A stretch of DNA of 64,000 bases from Eledone cirrhosa (GCA_964016885.1 OZ024741.1:112282001-112346000), one strand, 5' to 3'; positions 26,613 through 40,129 are shown, counted from the first letter of the stretch. The notes: a model not told the origin generated them from the letters alone. A program made the numbers and translations.

Positions 26613-26722
26613 GTAATTGTTTCTACTTTAGGCACAAGGCCAGCAATTAACCAGTGCATTACTGGTACTTTATTTCATCGACCCCCGTAAGGATGAAAGG
26701 CAAAGTCAACCTCGCATACAAG

Positions 26723-27101
26723 AAAGTAAAGCGGGATGTGAGGAAGGGCATTGCTATTGCATTTCCAGACGGTGAAGATCCTCCTATGGCGTTGACATGC
26801 ACCATCTGTGCGAGACTCTGCCTAAGCAAAGCTGGATTCAAAAGTCATCTTCGCAGTCATAAAGTGACCACTCATCATGCTTGCCAAGCATGTGCCAGAG
26901 AATGTAAATCAGCAGGAGGGCTCAAACGACATTCAAAAGTACATGAACTCCAGCAACGGCTGGCTTTTCCCAGTAAATGTTTTGGTTGCCAACTCTGTGC
27001 AAGACATTTTAGATCATTGGCTGGGCTAAAAAGCCACATTCGATCACAGCACTGTTAATTGCTATCATGTGTGTGTGTGTAGATATGTTTATGTGTGTCC
27101 A

Positions 27102-27162
<61 letters not shown>

Positions 27163-27280
27163 TATTATCGTTGTTGTTGTTGTTATCATTATTGTTGTTA
27201 TTATTATTATTATTGTTATTATTATGGGTTTTTTTTTCTCGTGCAATAGCCATACTCGATAACGAGGGGGCAGCCATAAT
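26723..27280 (+). mobile_element. LINE 3' end encoding three C2H2 zinc fingers
   Basis: [64 protein letters not shown]. The tail GCCATACTCGATAACGAG..GCAGCCA resembles those at 31800 and 56757. Confidence 0.65.
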
Positions 27281-27321
27281 CATATATATATGTATGTATA
27301 TATATATATATGTATGTATAT

Positions 27322-27434
<113 letters not shown>

Positions 27435-27449
27435 TGTATGTATATATTT

Positions 27450-29981
27450 TCTAGGGCGGGTAAAATTCCCGAGATCCATGGACGAGTTCTCTCCAGCGGT
27501 CTCTGTCCCTCATTATTGCTGCCATGTCCTGCATCTCCAACAGACCAGTGTCTGTCCTTAGGGCATCAACATACATTAACCTTGGTCTTCCTCTTCCAGT
27601 GTGTCTATGTAGGGGCTCCACAGGAGCACTGAGTGTAATGTCGACTCTGGATGTTGGTGAGCATGTCCAGCTAACCTCAGTCTCCTCTGTATCCCTTTTG
27701 AGCTGATTTTTGGGATGCTCCCATACAGCTCTGAGTTATTCATCCTCAGTGTATACTGATTAATGTTCAGAGCCATCCTCAGCATTCTCGTGTAGTACTC
27801 ATCCACCATCTGAGTGAGTTTCTTGGTCAGTGTCCAAGTCTCAGACCCGTACAGCAGCACAGACTCCACTACAGCAATGAAGAGGTGGATTTTCAGGTCT
27901 TTACGAAGGTCCGACTCCCACACCGGTCTCAAGCTGTGACACACTGCCCAGGCTTTGCTCTTCCTCTCAACTACATCATCTTCCGTATTCCCAATCTTTG
28001 CCCCCAAATACAGGAAGTCCTCAACCAATTCTAGCGGCTTCCTGCCTACATTAGTGATCCCCTGGCTTCTCAACATTCTCTACCAGATATTTTGTTTTAG
28101 TCTCATTCATTCTCAGCCTCACACTCATCGACACAGTCTCAACCTCCCGCATCAAATCCTCTGCCTTCTTCACTGTATTTGTCACCAAAATTATGTCGTC
28201 GGCAAATTCAGCATCTGATATCTTTTTCGCCTTAACTCTCCTACTCTGAGCCAGTGCTACAGTAAAGCCTGAGTCCTGGTGTTTCTCCAGTGCAAGGCAC
28301 ATTCAATAGTCCACTACGATGATTAAAAGGTATGGAGCCAATGTATCTCCCTGGAGCACTCCAGCCTGTATCTCAAAGAACTCTGTCATCGCATCAGGTG
28401 TAATGACTTGGGCTTTGGTGTTGGTGTAGAGCAGTGATATCAGGTCCACTATCTTCTTGGGGATTCCATAAGCCTGTAAGATCTTCATCAGGCAGTGACG
28501 GCCCACAGAATCAAAGGCCTTCTTATAGTCCAACTGAGGGAGACAGTGATGTGAGTGCAGAAGAGTTCAATGAGGAGGTGTGTAGAGCTGTCAATACCAC
28601 ACAAGCACACAACATCCTGCTTTCTTTGGGGGACTTCAATACACATCTGAGTAAGGAGGGCAGTGAAGATCCTTGCTGGTACTTCCATAACAATACCAAC
28701 CGAAATGGAAGACTACTGAGAAACACCCTGCCGGAGGCGAACTTGATAGTGACCAACCTAAGGTTTAGGAAGAATCCGGGGAAGATGTGGACCTACATCT
28801 CAGATTTGCACCTGTCAAAGTCCCAGACTGATTTCATTCTGGTGAGGAAAAAGTGGCGGAATAGTGTTCTGAACACAGAACCATACAACTATTTCAGTAC
28901 ACTGGGTAGTGACCACCGGCTTATTATGAGTGAGGTCTGGGTGAGCTTAAGAAAGAGCAAGGCTCAGCCCCGGAGAGCAATCTATGACTGGGGAGCTTTC
29001 AAGGAAGATGATAAGCTACAGGAGAGGTTCACAATGGAAGTGAGGAACAGGTTCAGTGCTCTGCGTGGAGAGACAGAGGAGAGAGAGATTGGATGGACTG
29101 ATGAGAGTGTGATGAAGAGGTACGGGCACTTAACCAATGCAGTGGCGGAAGCAAGTGAGACACTGGTGCCGAGGAGAAAGAACAAAAGGAAGCACATCAG
29201 CTCTGGAGACCCAAAAGTGTGTGCAGCCAGAGGACACCTGAAAGCTACCAAGGACCAATTCTATGCTGATCCTACGGAGGAGAGGATGGAGACTGTGGAG
29301 GTGATGAGGGAAGAACTCTGTACTGCTTACACTGAGGCCAGAGAGGAGGCACTGATAGAGAAGACCAGAAGTGTGGAGAGAACGGTTGACAGATCTGGAT
29401 GTAAGGAGAGCTGGATGATCATTAACGAGATCACAGGGAGGAAGAGAAGGTGTTCGAGTCAGATCCAGCGAACAGGGCCCGAGGATAGGAAGAGGAAATG
29501 GCTGGACCATTTTAGGACCTTACTAGGAGAGCCACTCTCCACAGCCCAAAGCACTGGGGAGATCAGGCGGCTGTTTGAAGAACTGGATATTGAGACAGAG
29601 CCCTTCACCAGAGAGGAGCTTCAGAGAGCCAAGAAGAAGATCATGGAGGGAAAGGCTCATGGAGAAGATGGAGTGGCATCAGAGGTGATGAAGAGGTGTG
29701 ATTTTGATGATATCATCCTGGGATTCTGTAACCAGGCACTGGAGAAAGGAGTTGCCCCGAATCAGTGGAGGATCAGTAACAACGTCCCAGTGCCAAAGAA
29801 GGGAGATCTCTCTAACACCAACAACTACAGGGGGATCTTACTGACGTCACTTGTGGCAAAGACCCTCAACAGGATGATTCTTAACAGGATCCAGCCTGAG
29901 ATGGAGAAGAAGCTCAGGGACAACCAGAATGGCTTCAGAGAGGGAAGATCAACCACCAGTCACATCCTGATGCTGAGGAGG
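27450..29981 (-). mobile_element. RTE-like LINE with twin-priming 5' inversion
   Basis: Plus strand 28533-29981 encodes APE (LGDFN, SDHRL) and RT start up to [17 protein letters not shown]. Minus strand from 28533 continues DYKKAFDSV, GVLQGDTLAPYL, FADDI, LLYGSETW, RRLRLAGH. Confidence 0.9.
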
Positions 29982-29985
29982 TATG

Positions 29986-30021
<36 letters not shown>

Positions 30022-30107
30022 TGTATGTATATATATGTATATATATGTATATATATGTATATATATGTATATATATATATCTCTTTCTCTTAATTTCGAG
30101 TATATAT

Positions 30108-31050
30108 TTTTTCACCAGCCACCTTCTTGGTGGCAAGGCTGTAAAAGAAAGATATTACCATCCCTTGAATCGCAAGAATGTTTTGCAAATTTTGAAGGTG
30201 CCAGCTATCACAACCATTGCAGACTATGAATTAGGGAGCTGCGCTCTTTGTCCGCAAATCCAAGTTCAGTCATACTTTGGTCTAAGTGGGTTGGCATATA
30301 ACCCGTAGCTCCAATAATGATGGGTATGAAGCTAAAGGTGTATCTTGGATACTGGATTTGTAAACTCCTCATCAATGGTCCGTAGATGTCCTCCTTCTCC
30401 TGTATTTTTCTGACAACGTTTACATCAAGTGGGCAGCTGACCTCCACAACAGAACACGTTTTCAATGTGGTCCCAAACAACAATATCAGGCCGGTTGTGC
30501 TTTAATTTGGTGGCAGTTTTTATTTTCAGGTTCCACCAGTATTCCTTAGTGCCATCTGTCTCAATATATTCTTCCTCGTTTGTTGTTAATTTTGTTTTCT
30601 GAAGTGCGTTCTAGATGGTTCTAGCTATCCCATCATGTCTCATGGGGAGGTAGTAGCGAGATGACATTCTTTCGCAGCTGGCAACAATGTGGCTTACATC
30701 CTCGATCTTTGTTTTACATAGCCTACATTTATTGTCAGCTGATGGCCCTCCCCTTTTGTGCAGCGGATATTTGGTAGGGAGTTCTTGTTCCTTTATTGCA
30801 TAGAGATGTCCCTCAAGGTGTGATGTCATAAATCTGTTGGAACTCCATGCCAGGCTTTTTGAATGGTTTATCCCCTCTATGGTCTGTGTTTTACGTCTCA
30901 AGTATCCATGCACAACTTTTTCTGTAAATTGGTCAATTTTTTCATCTTGTTTGAACATTGAATAGGATCTTCTGATTTCTCTGGGTGAGAGATTTATATC
31001 AGGCTTTATTCCATATCTCTCCTCCAGATCAGTGGTTATTCTAATGATAT
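30108..31050 (-). mobile_element. R4/Dong-type non-LTR element 3' fragment (CCHC plus restriction-like endonuclease)
   Basis: [58 protein letters not shown]. Embedded in TA-rich repeats. Confidence 0.8.
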
Positions 31051-31195
31051 ATTTTTTTTCATGCTCATAAACCTGTATATATGTATGTATATATATATGT
31101 ATGTATATATGTATGTATATATATATGTATGTATATATATATGTATGTATATATGTATGTATGTATATATATATATATGTATATATATATGCATG

Positions 31196-31241
<46 letters not shown>

Positions 31242-31311
31242 TATGTATGTATATATATATGTATATATATATATGTATGTGTATATAGATATATGTATGT
31301 ATTTATATATG

Positions 31312-31344
<33 letters not shown>

Positions 31345-31370
31345 GTATGTATATATATATATGTATGTAT

Positions 31371-31404
<34 letters not shown>

Positions 31405-31412
31405 GTATATAT

Positions 31413-31831
31413 AAGGGAGAGATGACCCCTTAGCCTTTGTCAAGGCAGAATTCTAGGAGAAGGAAAACTCTGATATAATACCTGCAACCCTGATGGTATC
31501 CAATGATGTTGACTTGTTCTTCTTTTTGGTAAATATCATCTTGGTTAAGAGAGTGGGACTGGCTTTGTGCAGTGCCTTTGCTCACTATAAAACCTTCACA
31601 GCACAGGCATTGCTTTACATCTGGAGATCTCTGATCTCTCTACACTTGTCGTCACATGGTACCATGGGCCCAGCACTATGTGTCAATAATTGTCACAAGT
31701 GGAGTGTTTGTACCAGAGTTTTCAAGTCGCTGGCTGGACTAAAAAGTCACACTTGTTCAGCGCATTGGTAGGGGTTCTCCTACATGGATATAAAGTAGTG
31801 GCCGTACTCGAAAACGAGTTGGCAGCCACCA
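31413..31831 (+). mobile_element. Bipartite non-autonomous element (RTE-type 5' UTR joined to zinc-finger LINE 3' end)
   Basis: Head GCCTTTGTCAAGGC..CTAGGAGAAGGAAAACTCTGA. Tail encodes [15 protein letters not shown]. Copy at 56401-56788. Confidence 0.7.
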
Positions 31832-31909
31832 TATGTATTTATATATATGTATGTATATATATATATATATATATGTATGTATATATATATATATATATGT
31901 ATATATATG

Positions 31910-31952
<43 letters not shown>

Positions 31953-31989
31953 ATATATATATATGTATATATATATATGTATATATATG

Positions 31990-32026
<37 letters not shown>

Positions 32027-32027
32027 G

Positions 32028-32064
<37 letters not shown>

Positions 32065-32083
32065 GTATATATATATATATATG

Positions 32084-32135
<52 letters not shown>

Positions 32136-32177
32136 TATTTTTATAGATATATATATATATATGTATGTATATATATG

Positions 32178-32222
<45 letters not shown>

Positions 32223-32293
32223 GTATGTATATATATATATGTGTATGTATATATGAATGTATATATATATATATATGTATATATATATGAATG

Positions 32294-32324
<31 letters not shown>

Positions 32325-32333
32325 GTATGTATA

Positions 32334-32442
<109 letters not shown>

Positions 32443-32446
32443 CTTA

Positions 32447-32509
32447 TATTCTGTCTGATGAAAATGTACTTAAACACCATTGTACCTTTGAAATATGTAT
32501 AATAAAATA
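32447..32509 (+). ncRNA. Type I minimal hammerhead ribozyme (relative of 18716)
   Basis: UAUUcUGU-CUGAUGA-AAAuGUAC..GUACcUUU-GAAA-UAUGUA-UA|AUAAAAUA. Confidence 0.8.
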
Positions 32510-33165
32510 CATATTTTGATTATGAGAATATTTTTCATTTATTAACATTTTGAATAATATTAAACACTCCAGGAAAATCTCCTCTCGAGTGCTTCTAATC
32601 TATTGTAAAATTGTATTTGTTGATGAACCATATTAATCTTTGGTTATATATATATGTATGTATATATAGGAACAAGTATGACCCCGACGGCAGAGCTCAA
32701 GCCGTTTCGACGGCTATTTCTGGACTAAATAAGAATTTTTAGCCTGGTAAATCAAGATTTATCAGGCTAAAATTCTTGTTCCTATTACCCACTCTAGTAC
32801 CCTAAGTATTGAGTACTTTGGTGCGTTATGGTCCATCTGGTTCCTTACCACAATTCCTTCGTTGTATGTATATATATATATGTATATATTAATTAATAAA
32901 AACAATGAATAAAAACAAAGAAACAGTTCCTTATATTCCCTATGATAGTTTGTAAAATTTTTACATAGATCTATATGATATACATACCAACACACACATA
33001 TATCTCCTAGAAACGATAGTAAAATGATGAATTTTTTAATATAAGGAACTGTTTCTTTGTTTTTATTCATTGTTTTTATTAATTTATCTTGACTCTGTTT
33101 TCCATTGATTTTCATCGAAAAAATTTGGACACTACCGTATATCTTGGTAGATTTATCTATATATG

Positions 33166-33200
<35 letters not shown>

Positions 33201-33221
33201 GTATGTATATATATATGTATG

Positions 33222-33253
<32 letters not shown>

Positions 33254-33363
33254 TATATATATATATGTATATATGTATGTATATATATATATATGTATAT
33301 ATGTATATATATATATATATATAGGTATGTATATATATATATATAGGTATGTATATATATAGG

Positions 33364-33437
<74 letters not shown>

Positions 33438-33536
33438 TATATATATATATATATTTATGTATATATTTATGTATGTATGTATATATATGTATGTGTATAT
33501 ATATATGTATGTATATATATATATGTATGTATATAC

Positions 33537-33567
<31 letters not shown>

Positions 33568-33793
33568 TATATGTATGAGTATGTATATATGTATGTATAT
33601 ATGTGTATGTATATATGTATGTATATATATATGTATGTATATATATATGTATATATATATGTATCTATATCTATATATATGTATCTATATATATATATAT
33701 GTATGTATATATATATGTATCTCTATATATATGTATCTATATATATGTATGTATATACGTGTATATATATATATGTATGTATAAATATGTATG

Positions 33794-33850
<57 letters not shown>

Positions 33851-33919
33851 GTATGTATATATATATACATGTATATATATATATTTATATATATGTATGT
33901 ATATATATATGTACGTATG

Positions 33920-33956
<37 letters not shown>

Positions 33957-34165
33957 ATGAGTACATATACGTATGTATATCTATGAGTATATGTATGTAT
34001 ATGTATGTATATATATTTGTATATATATATATATATATTTATGTATGTATATGTATGAGTATATATATATGTATGTATACGTATGAGTATATATATGTAT
34101 ATATATGTATGAGTATGTATATGTATGTATATATGTATGTATATGTGTATATATGTATGTATATG

Positions 34166-34264
<99 letters not shown>

Positions 34265-35271
34265 ATGTGTATGTGTGTAGCTGTGTGTGCAAGATCACAC
34301 ACACAATTGTATAGATATGTAATTTACCCTATAAATACCTGCATATTTAGTTGCTGATAACAATGATTAAAGTCCGGAAAGTGTCATGGAAAGAAAATAG
34401 AGATGGGTATAATAACAGTATTTATTTGATTAGGTGCATACAGACGTGAAGAGGGAATATAGGAGATGATAGATTTCTTACTAACTATAGCAACAACAAA
34501 AATATTGTAGCTAGCTGAAAAGGTATGTATGGACATTGGGTGAGGGAAAATGGTACAGTTCTTACAAACTATAGTCATAAGAACAGCTTATACAATGAAA
34601 TAACTGTATAAACAATAAGAATAGTACAATAATAATACAATAACAACAACAACAATATGAGTAACTTTAAAAACCAATATTCAAATTAATTCAAATGCAA
34701 ACAATATACTTCCACCTCCACCACCACCAATACTAATAATAATAGAAAAATATTATGACAATAAGAATAACAATGGTCTTTTTTGATAAGATGATGATGA
34801 TAATAGTAATGATGAATCTGATAATCTGATAGTGGTGATAATGATGACAAGTCTGATGGTGGTCATACTGATGATAATGATGATGATGAATAAAAAAAAT
34901 CTTTGGAAAATAGAATGGCAATTAAATTAACAACAACCCTGAATCACAAGAAAAACAAACTCACAAACAGAATTACCATATGTGTACACATCTGATACAC
35001 ACCAGCACTATACTCACATATACACCATAAGCATACATGCAAACACTATACATCCATATACTCACAGATACACAACTTACATCTACTCTATACACATACA
35101 CCATACACACACACACACATACACATTCACATACACACACATACACATACACACACACACACACAGGGATGCATAAAAGAACAACTATAACATAAACTGC
35201 AACAATAATAAAAATACATCAAGCAATAACAATTATTTATCATCAACATCAATGAAAAAAATAGCAACACT

Positions 35272-35292
35272 AACTACTACTACTACTACTAT

Positions 35293-35345
<53 letters not shown>

Positions 35346-35350
35346 TTACA
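35272..35350. repeat. (CTA)n microsatellite
   Basis: Direct inspection. Confidence 0.9.
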
Positions 35351-35494
35351 ACTAAAATAACTAGGTTACCGCGACAAAATATACAGACAATGCAAATGTA
35401 TTGTTTCAAATGTATTTCTTAAACAAGCAGTGGATGTGAAATGGAAATAATCAGTATTGATCATCCTTATCATCATCATCATATTATTTATTTA

Positions 35495-35710
35495 GGGCAG
35501 TGGATAGGTAGAATCATTAGTGTTAGAGAAAATACCTTGCAGTATCTGTTATAGCTCATTCTGAGTTCAGATCCTGCTGAGGCCAACTTTGCCTTTCATC
35601 CTTCTGAGGTCGATAACATAAAGAACCAGTAAAGTACTTGAGTTGATATCTTTCCCCTCGACTTTCCCCTCCCCCAAAATTGCTGGCTTTGTGCCTAAAT
35701 CAGAAACCAC
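35495..35710 (+). mobile_element. tRNA-SINE, decayed
   Basis: GAGTTCAGATCC..ACTTTGCCTTTCATCC..GGTCGAT..TTGCTGGCTTTGTGCC..AGAAAC. Confidence 0.7.
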
Positions 35711-36841
35711 TATTCTTATTGTAAATGGTAGACTGGCAGGATCATTATATTCTTAGATTGAATATTTAGTAGTTCTTTGTGGTATGATTTCAAATCCTGT
35801 GATTTCAAATCTTCTGAGGTCAATAAAAAAGAAACATTTCAATACTAGGGTGGATTCTTCCTTTTCTCTCTCTCTTCCCTTTTCTGTCAGAAATCTGGTG
35901 TGTTCAGATCTGGAGAGGGATAGGCTACATGAGGTTTAAAATTTAGTCAGGAATGATGGGTCCATACATACATTATTATTATTATAACATTTCAAACACC
36001 ACCTCTATTTTTGAATATGGGTTGGCAGAATTGTCACACCATTAGACAAAATGTTTTGAGGTATTTGTTCAGGCACTTAACATTCTTATTGCCAATCTTA
36101 CCAAAAGTATCCAGTGTACATTGTAAGCTGGTAGTGCTAGAATCGTAAAAAAAGTGATCCCAGTATACACTGTAAGGTGCATAGTATTAGGAATGGCATG
36201 CAGATGTAGAAACCAAGTCGAAGCAAAGCATACTAGTAGAAATTAGTCTTCTGACAGGTCTGGTCCTAGTATGCAACAGCCATCTAACCCATGCAAGCAA
36301 GGAAAATAAACGTTAAACAGAGAAAATAATTATATATATTAGCATAGGTAGCACTGTTATCACAGCCAATCTACCCTCCATTCTGAAAACTTCATTTGAA
36401 TGGGCTAAGTTTGAGTCTTGTTATTCTGGAGTTTCTCCTATGTTATGTGTGTGTAAGTGGATGTATATAAGTATGTATGCTTGCATAAAATTACTGCAGA
36501 AATATATTTAAAACCTCACATTAAGCATGATTAGAAAAATAATTTTAGTAACCTATGTCTATTTATATTTAAATTGTCATTATGCCGTCTGCATGTAGCT
36601 TGTTCAAAGTGAATATTGCTCTATCACTTGTGCCATTCTGCTAGTTTGTGTAGCTGGTAGGTTTATATAGATATTTTTGTGTGTATGTCATTGTGTGTGG
36701 GTTTGTCACTCTATCACATCAGCTAATCTTCTCTGATGGATATATTACTAATTCATTCTTCTTTTGATATGTATTGTTTATCTCACTAACATATACACAC
36801 ACAAACACACATTTTTATATATATTAGTATATATTTTTATG

Positions 36842-36873
<32 letters not shown>

Positions 36874-36952
36874 TATAGTGCAATCCATGGCAGCATAGGA
36901 AATGTTTGTGAAATGAATATATATATATATACATACATATATATATATATAT

Positions 36953-37023
<71 letters not shown>

Positions 37024-37561
37024 AGGAGAGGGGGTAATGGGAATGGTTTTGTCTGAAATGAATATCAATTTATCATTGCAGCCAATCAGATTGTCTATAC
37101 AGTTATAAATTCTGGCTATCATTTTGTGTGTGTATGAGTTTGTATTTGCATCTGAGTCTGCATCTATGACTATAAATATTTCTGCATGACTGTACATCCA
37201 TATATGTGTAACCATAGTTGCATGTAAGCTATTGTACTTTTGTGTGAATCGATGTGTGGATACAGCATGACCAAATGGTTAAAAGGTTAGGTTTTCAATC
37301 ATTATGTCCGATGTTCAATCCCACAGTATTGCATCTTGGGCAAGTATCATTCACTCTAGCCTCAAGTTAACACAAAGATTGGCAGTGAAACTGGATGGAA
37401 AGAAACTGTATTGAAAACTATCCAATGGACCATTTCTATAATTTAGAGGGTCAGCATTGTTACAAACAGAATCTCCCTGACAATTACATTATGGGTGTAT
37501 ATGTTTGTTGAATGCTCAGTTGTCCATCCACTGCATATCTATCTATCTATCTATCTGTCTC

Positions 37562-37594
<33 letters not shown>

Positions 37595-37616
37595 ATATAT
37601 ATATATATATATATAC

Positions 37617-37671
<55 letters not shown>

Positions 37672-38049
37672 TATTACTGATATGGCTTAAAGAGCCTGTT
37701 TTTGTAATTGCAAACAAATCGAATATTATTATTGATATTCAAAAAACTCAGATTACATTTATTATATTCAGCCATGTAGAGTGATAAACTATTTGTTAGT
37801 TATTTGAATATGGCAAAGCTGGCCATTAATCGCTCATATACATGAAACTGACTGGCCTATCTGCTGATATGCAAATCTGGCTGATCAGCGGGTCTACTAA
37901 TATGCAGATCTGACTGATCAGCCAGTCTGCTAATATGCAAATCAGGCCGAGAGATGTCAACATAAATGGACCTGTTATTTTTATCTAAAGACATTTTTTC
38001 CAATTCCATCCCGCCCATCCCCTCAATCTATCTTATTTCTCATTCTTTC

Positions 38050-38100
38050 TTCTGATGAAGGATTAGTGTCCGAAACGCTTCCTGCTGTATCAAGCGTTAA
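38050..38100 (+). ncRNA. Hammerhead core with weak stem I
   Basis: CUGAUGA-A-GGA-uuagug-UCC-GAAA-CGCUU..AAGCG-UU. Stem I is only 2 bp. Confidence 0.55.
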
Positions 38101-38324
38101 CCTAATATATCCCTCCATATACTGTACCGATTGTGTTGGTATTTCTGTTTACCTTTTACATACATATATATATAACAAATAGTTTATCGCTCTACATGGC
38201 TGAATACAATAAATGTAATCTGATCATTTCGAATATTAATATTAATATTCGATTCATTTGCAATTATGCAAACAGCCTCTTTAAAGCCATGTCAGTAAAA
38301 GGATCCCATCATTCTTGTTCTTGT

Positions 38325-38407
38325 GTTGGCATGTAAACAGAACTGCAGACGCTAATGTTTCTGGGTGATTACCCTTCATCAGTACAGTATACTGCTTACA
38401 TGCCAAC
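38325..38407 (-). ncRNA. Type I hammerhead ribozyme with long stem I
   Basis: GUUGGCAUGUAAGCAG-uau-ACUGUA-CUGAUGA-A-GGGU-aauc-ACCC-A-GAAA-CAUUAGCG-UC|UGCAGU-u-CUGUUUACAUGCCAAC. Confidence 0.88.
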
Positions 38408-38433
38408 TTTCAGAGGTAGTGAAAATATATGAT

Positions 38434-38478
<45 letters not shown>

Positions 38479-38481
38479 TAT

Positions 38482-39744
38482 AAAAGTAAGCCACTCTACT
38501 TGGCATTTGTCGACCTTGAGAAAGCCTTTGACAGAGTTCCACGTGCAGTAATCTGGTGGGCTCTTAGAAAACTAGGAGTAGATGAATGGCTTGTGAAAGT
38601 GGTACAAGCCATGTATAGGGGAGCAGTCAGCAAAGTTAGGATTAGCAATGAGTATAGCGATGAATTTAGCGTACAGGTTGGGGTCCACCAGGGCTCTGTT
38701 CTTAGCCCTCTCCTGTTCATCATAGTCCTGCAGGCAATAACGGAGGAGTTTAAGACCGGGTGCCCATGGGAACTCCTGTATGCTGATGACCTCGCACTCA
38801 TAGCTGAATCTATGGTAGAACTAGAGAATAAATTCCAAACCTGGAAGCAGGGACTAGAGAGAAAGGGCCTCAAAGTCAACATGACAAAGACTAAGGTCCT
38901 TGTAAGTAGACGAGAAAACAGAACCCAGATCCCCTCAGGGAAATGGCCTTGCTCAGTATGTAGGAAAGGTGTAGGTAGGAACTCCATTCTCTGCCCCAAA
39001 TGCAAACAATGGGTACACAAGAGATGTAGCGGGATCTCAGGAAGCTTAATTAAGAATGTAGGATTCACATGCAGCAGCTGTGCTGAAACAGCAAGCAAAC
39101 AGCCACCACAGGAAACAAGTACCACCAATCTCTGGGAGGGCCCTGTAGAAACAGTAGACAGCTTCTGCTACCTAGGTGACCGAATTAGCAACGGAGGTGG
39201 GTGCTCAGAAAGTACAATAACTAGGGTAAGAACGGGATGGAAGAAGTTTAGGGAACTACTACCACTGCTAGCTGCAAAAGGCTTCTCCCTCAGAATGAAA
39301 GGCAGACTGTATGATGCGTGTATCCGAACAGCGATGTTGCATGGTAGTGAGACCTGGGCGCTGAAGGTGGAAGACTTACGTAGATTAGAGAGAAACGAAG
39401 CCTGCATGCTCCGATGGATGTGTAACAGTAATATACGTGAACGACAAAGCATAAAGGAATTGAGAGAGAGACTGAGCATAAGAGGAATCAAATGCTGCGT
39501 GCAGGAGAGGCGGTTACGCTGGTATGGACATGTGATGCGTATGAAGGATGACAGCTGCATAAAAAGGTGCAGAGCACTAGAAGTTGATGGAAACCGCGGA
39601 GTGGGGAGACCCAAGATGACTTGGGATGAGGTGATAAAAGCCGACCTTACCCAACTACACCTCTCAAAGTCAATGACACACGACCGTGACTTCTGGCGTC
39701 ACGCAGTAATACAGGGTACCCGACCTCCCATGGGTACATGCTGA
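38482..39744 (+). CDS. RTE family A reverse transcriptase, 5'-truncated but open (~420 codons); element continues to about 40035
   Basis: FVDLEKAFD, GVHQGSVLSPLLF, YADD, C4HC3 insert, LHGSETW, RLRWYGHVMR with no stops. The N-terminus of the track ORF is microsatellite. Confidence 0.93.
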   Translation, partial: KSKPLYLAFVDLEKAFDRVPRAVIWWALRKLGVDEWLVKVVQAMYRGAVSKVRISNEYSDEFSVQVGVHQGSVLSPLLFIIVLQAITEEFKTGCPWELLYADDLALIAESMVELENKFQTWKQGLERKGLKVNMTKTKVLVSRRENRTQIPSGKWPCSVCRKGVGRNSILCPKCKQWVHKRCSGISGSLIKNVGFTCSSCAETASKQPPQETSTTNLWEGPVETVDSFCYLGDRISNGGGCSESTITRVRTGWKKFRELLPLLAAKGFSLRMKGRLYDACIRTAMLHGSETWALKVEDLRRLERNEACMLRWMCNSNIRERQSIKELRERLSIRGIKCCVQERRLRWYGHVMRMKDDSCIKRCRALEVDGNRGVGRPKMTWDEVIKADLTQLHLSKSMTHDRDFWRHAVIQGTRPPMGTC

Positions 39745-40039
39745 AGCATATAAACAATATGCCCCCACTCCCCCCACCGCAAGGTGGTCGTGGAGGTGCC
39801 ACGGCAAAAAAGCACCCAGCCCACACTGTAAAGTGGACGTGTAGGCGCCACGAAAAAGCACCCAGCACTCACTGTAAATGAGGTTGGTGTTAGGAAGGGC
39901 ATCCAGCTGTAGAAATCAAGCCAGATCAGTTCCTGTATGAGCAAGGCATGGTCAGCCGACCAGACACTGCCCACAACAGGACAACCCGTCTAACCCATGC
40001 TAGCGTGGAAGAACGGACGTAAAACGGTGATGATGATAT

Positions 40040-40129
<90 letters not shown>

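Noticed and set aside
26654-27058. Host C2H2 zinc-finger gene
   Set aside because: The ORF begins inside a SINE, lacks TGEKP linkers, and is followed by a LINE-type tail shared with dispersed repeats.
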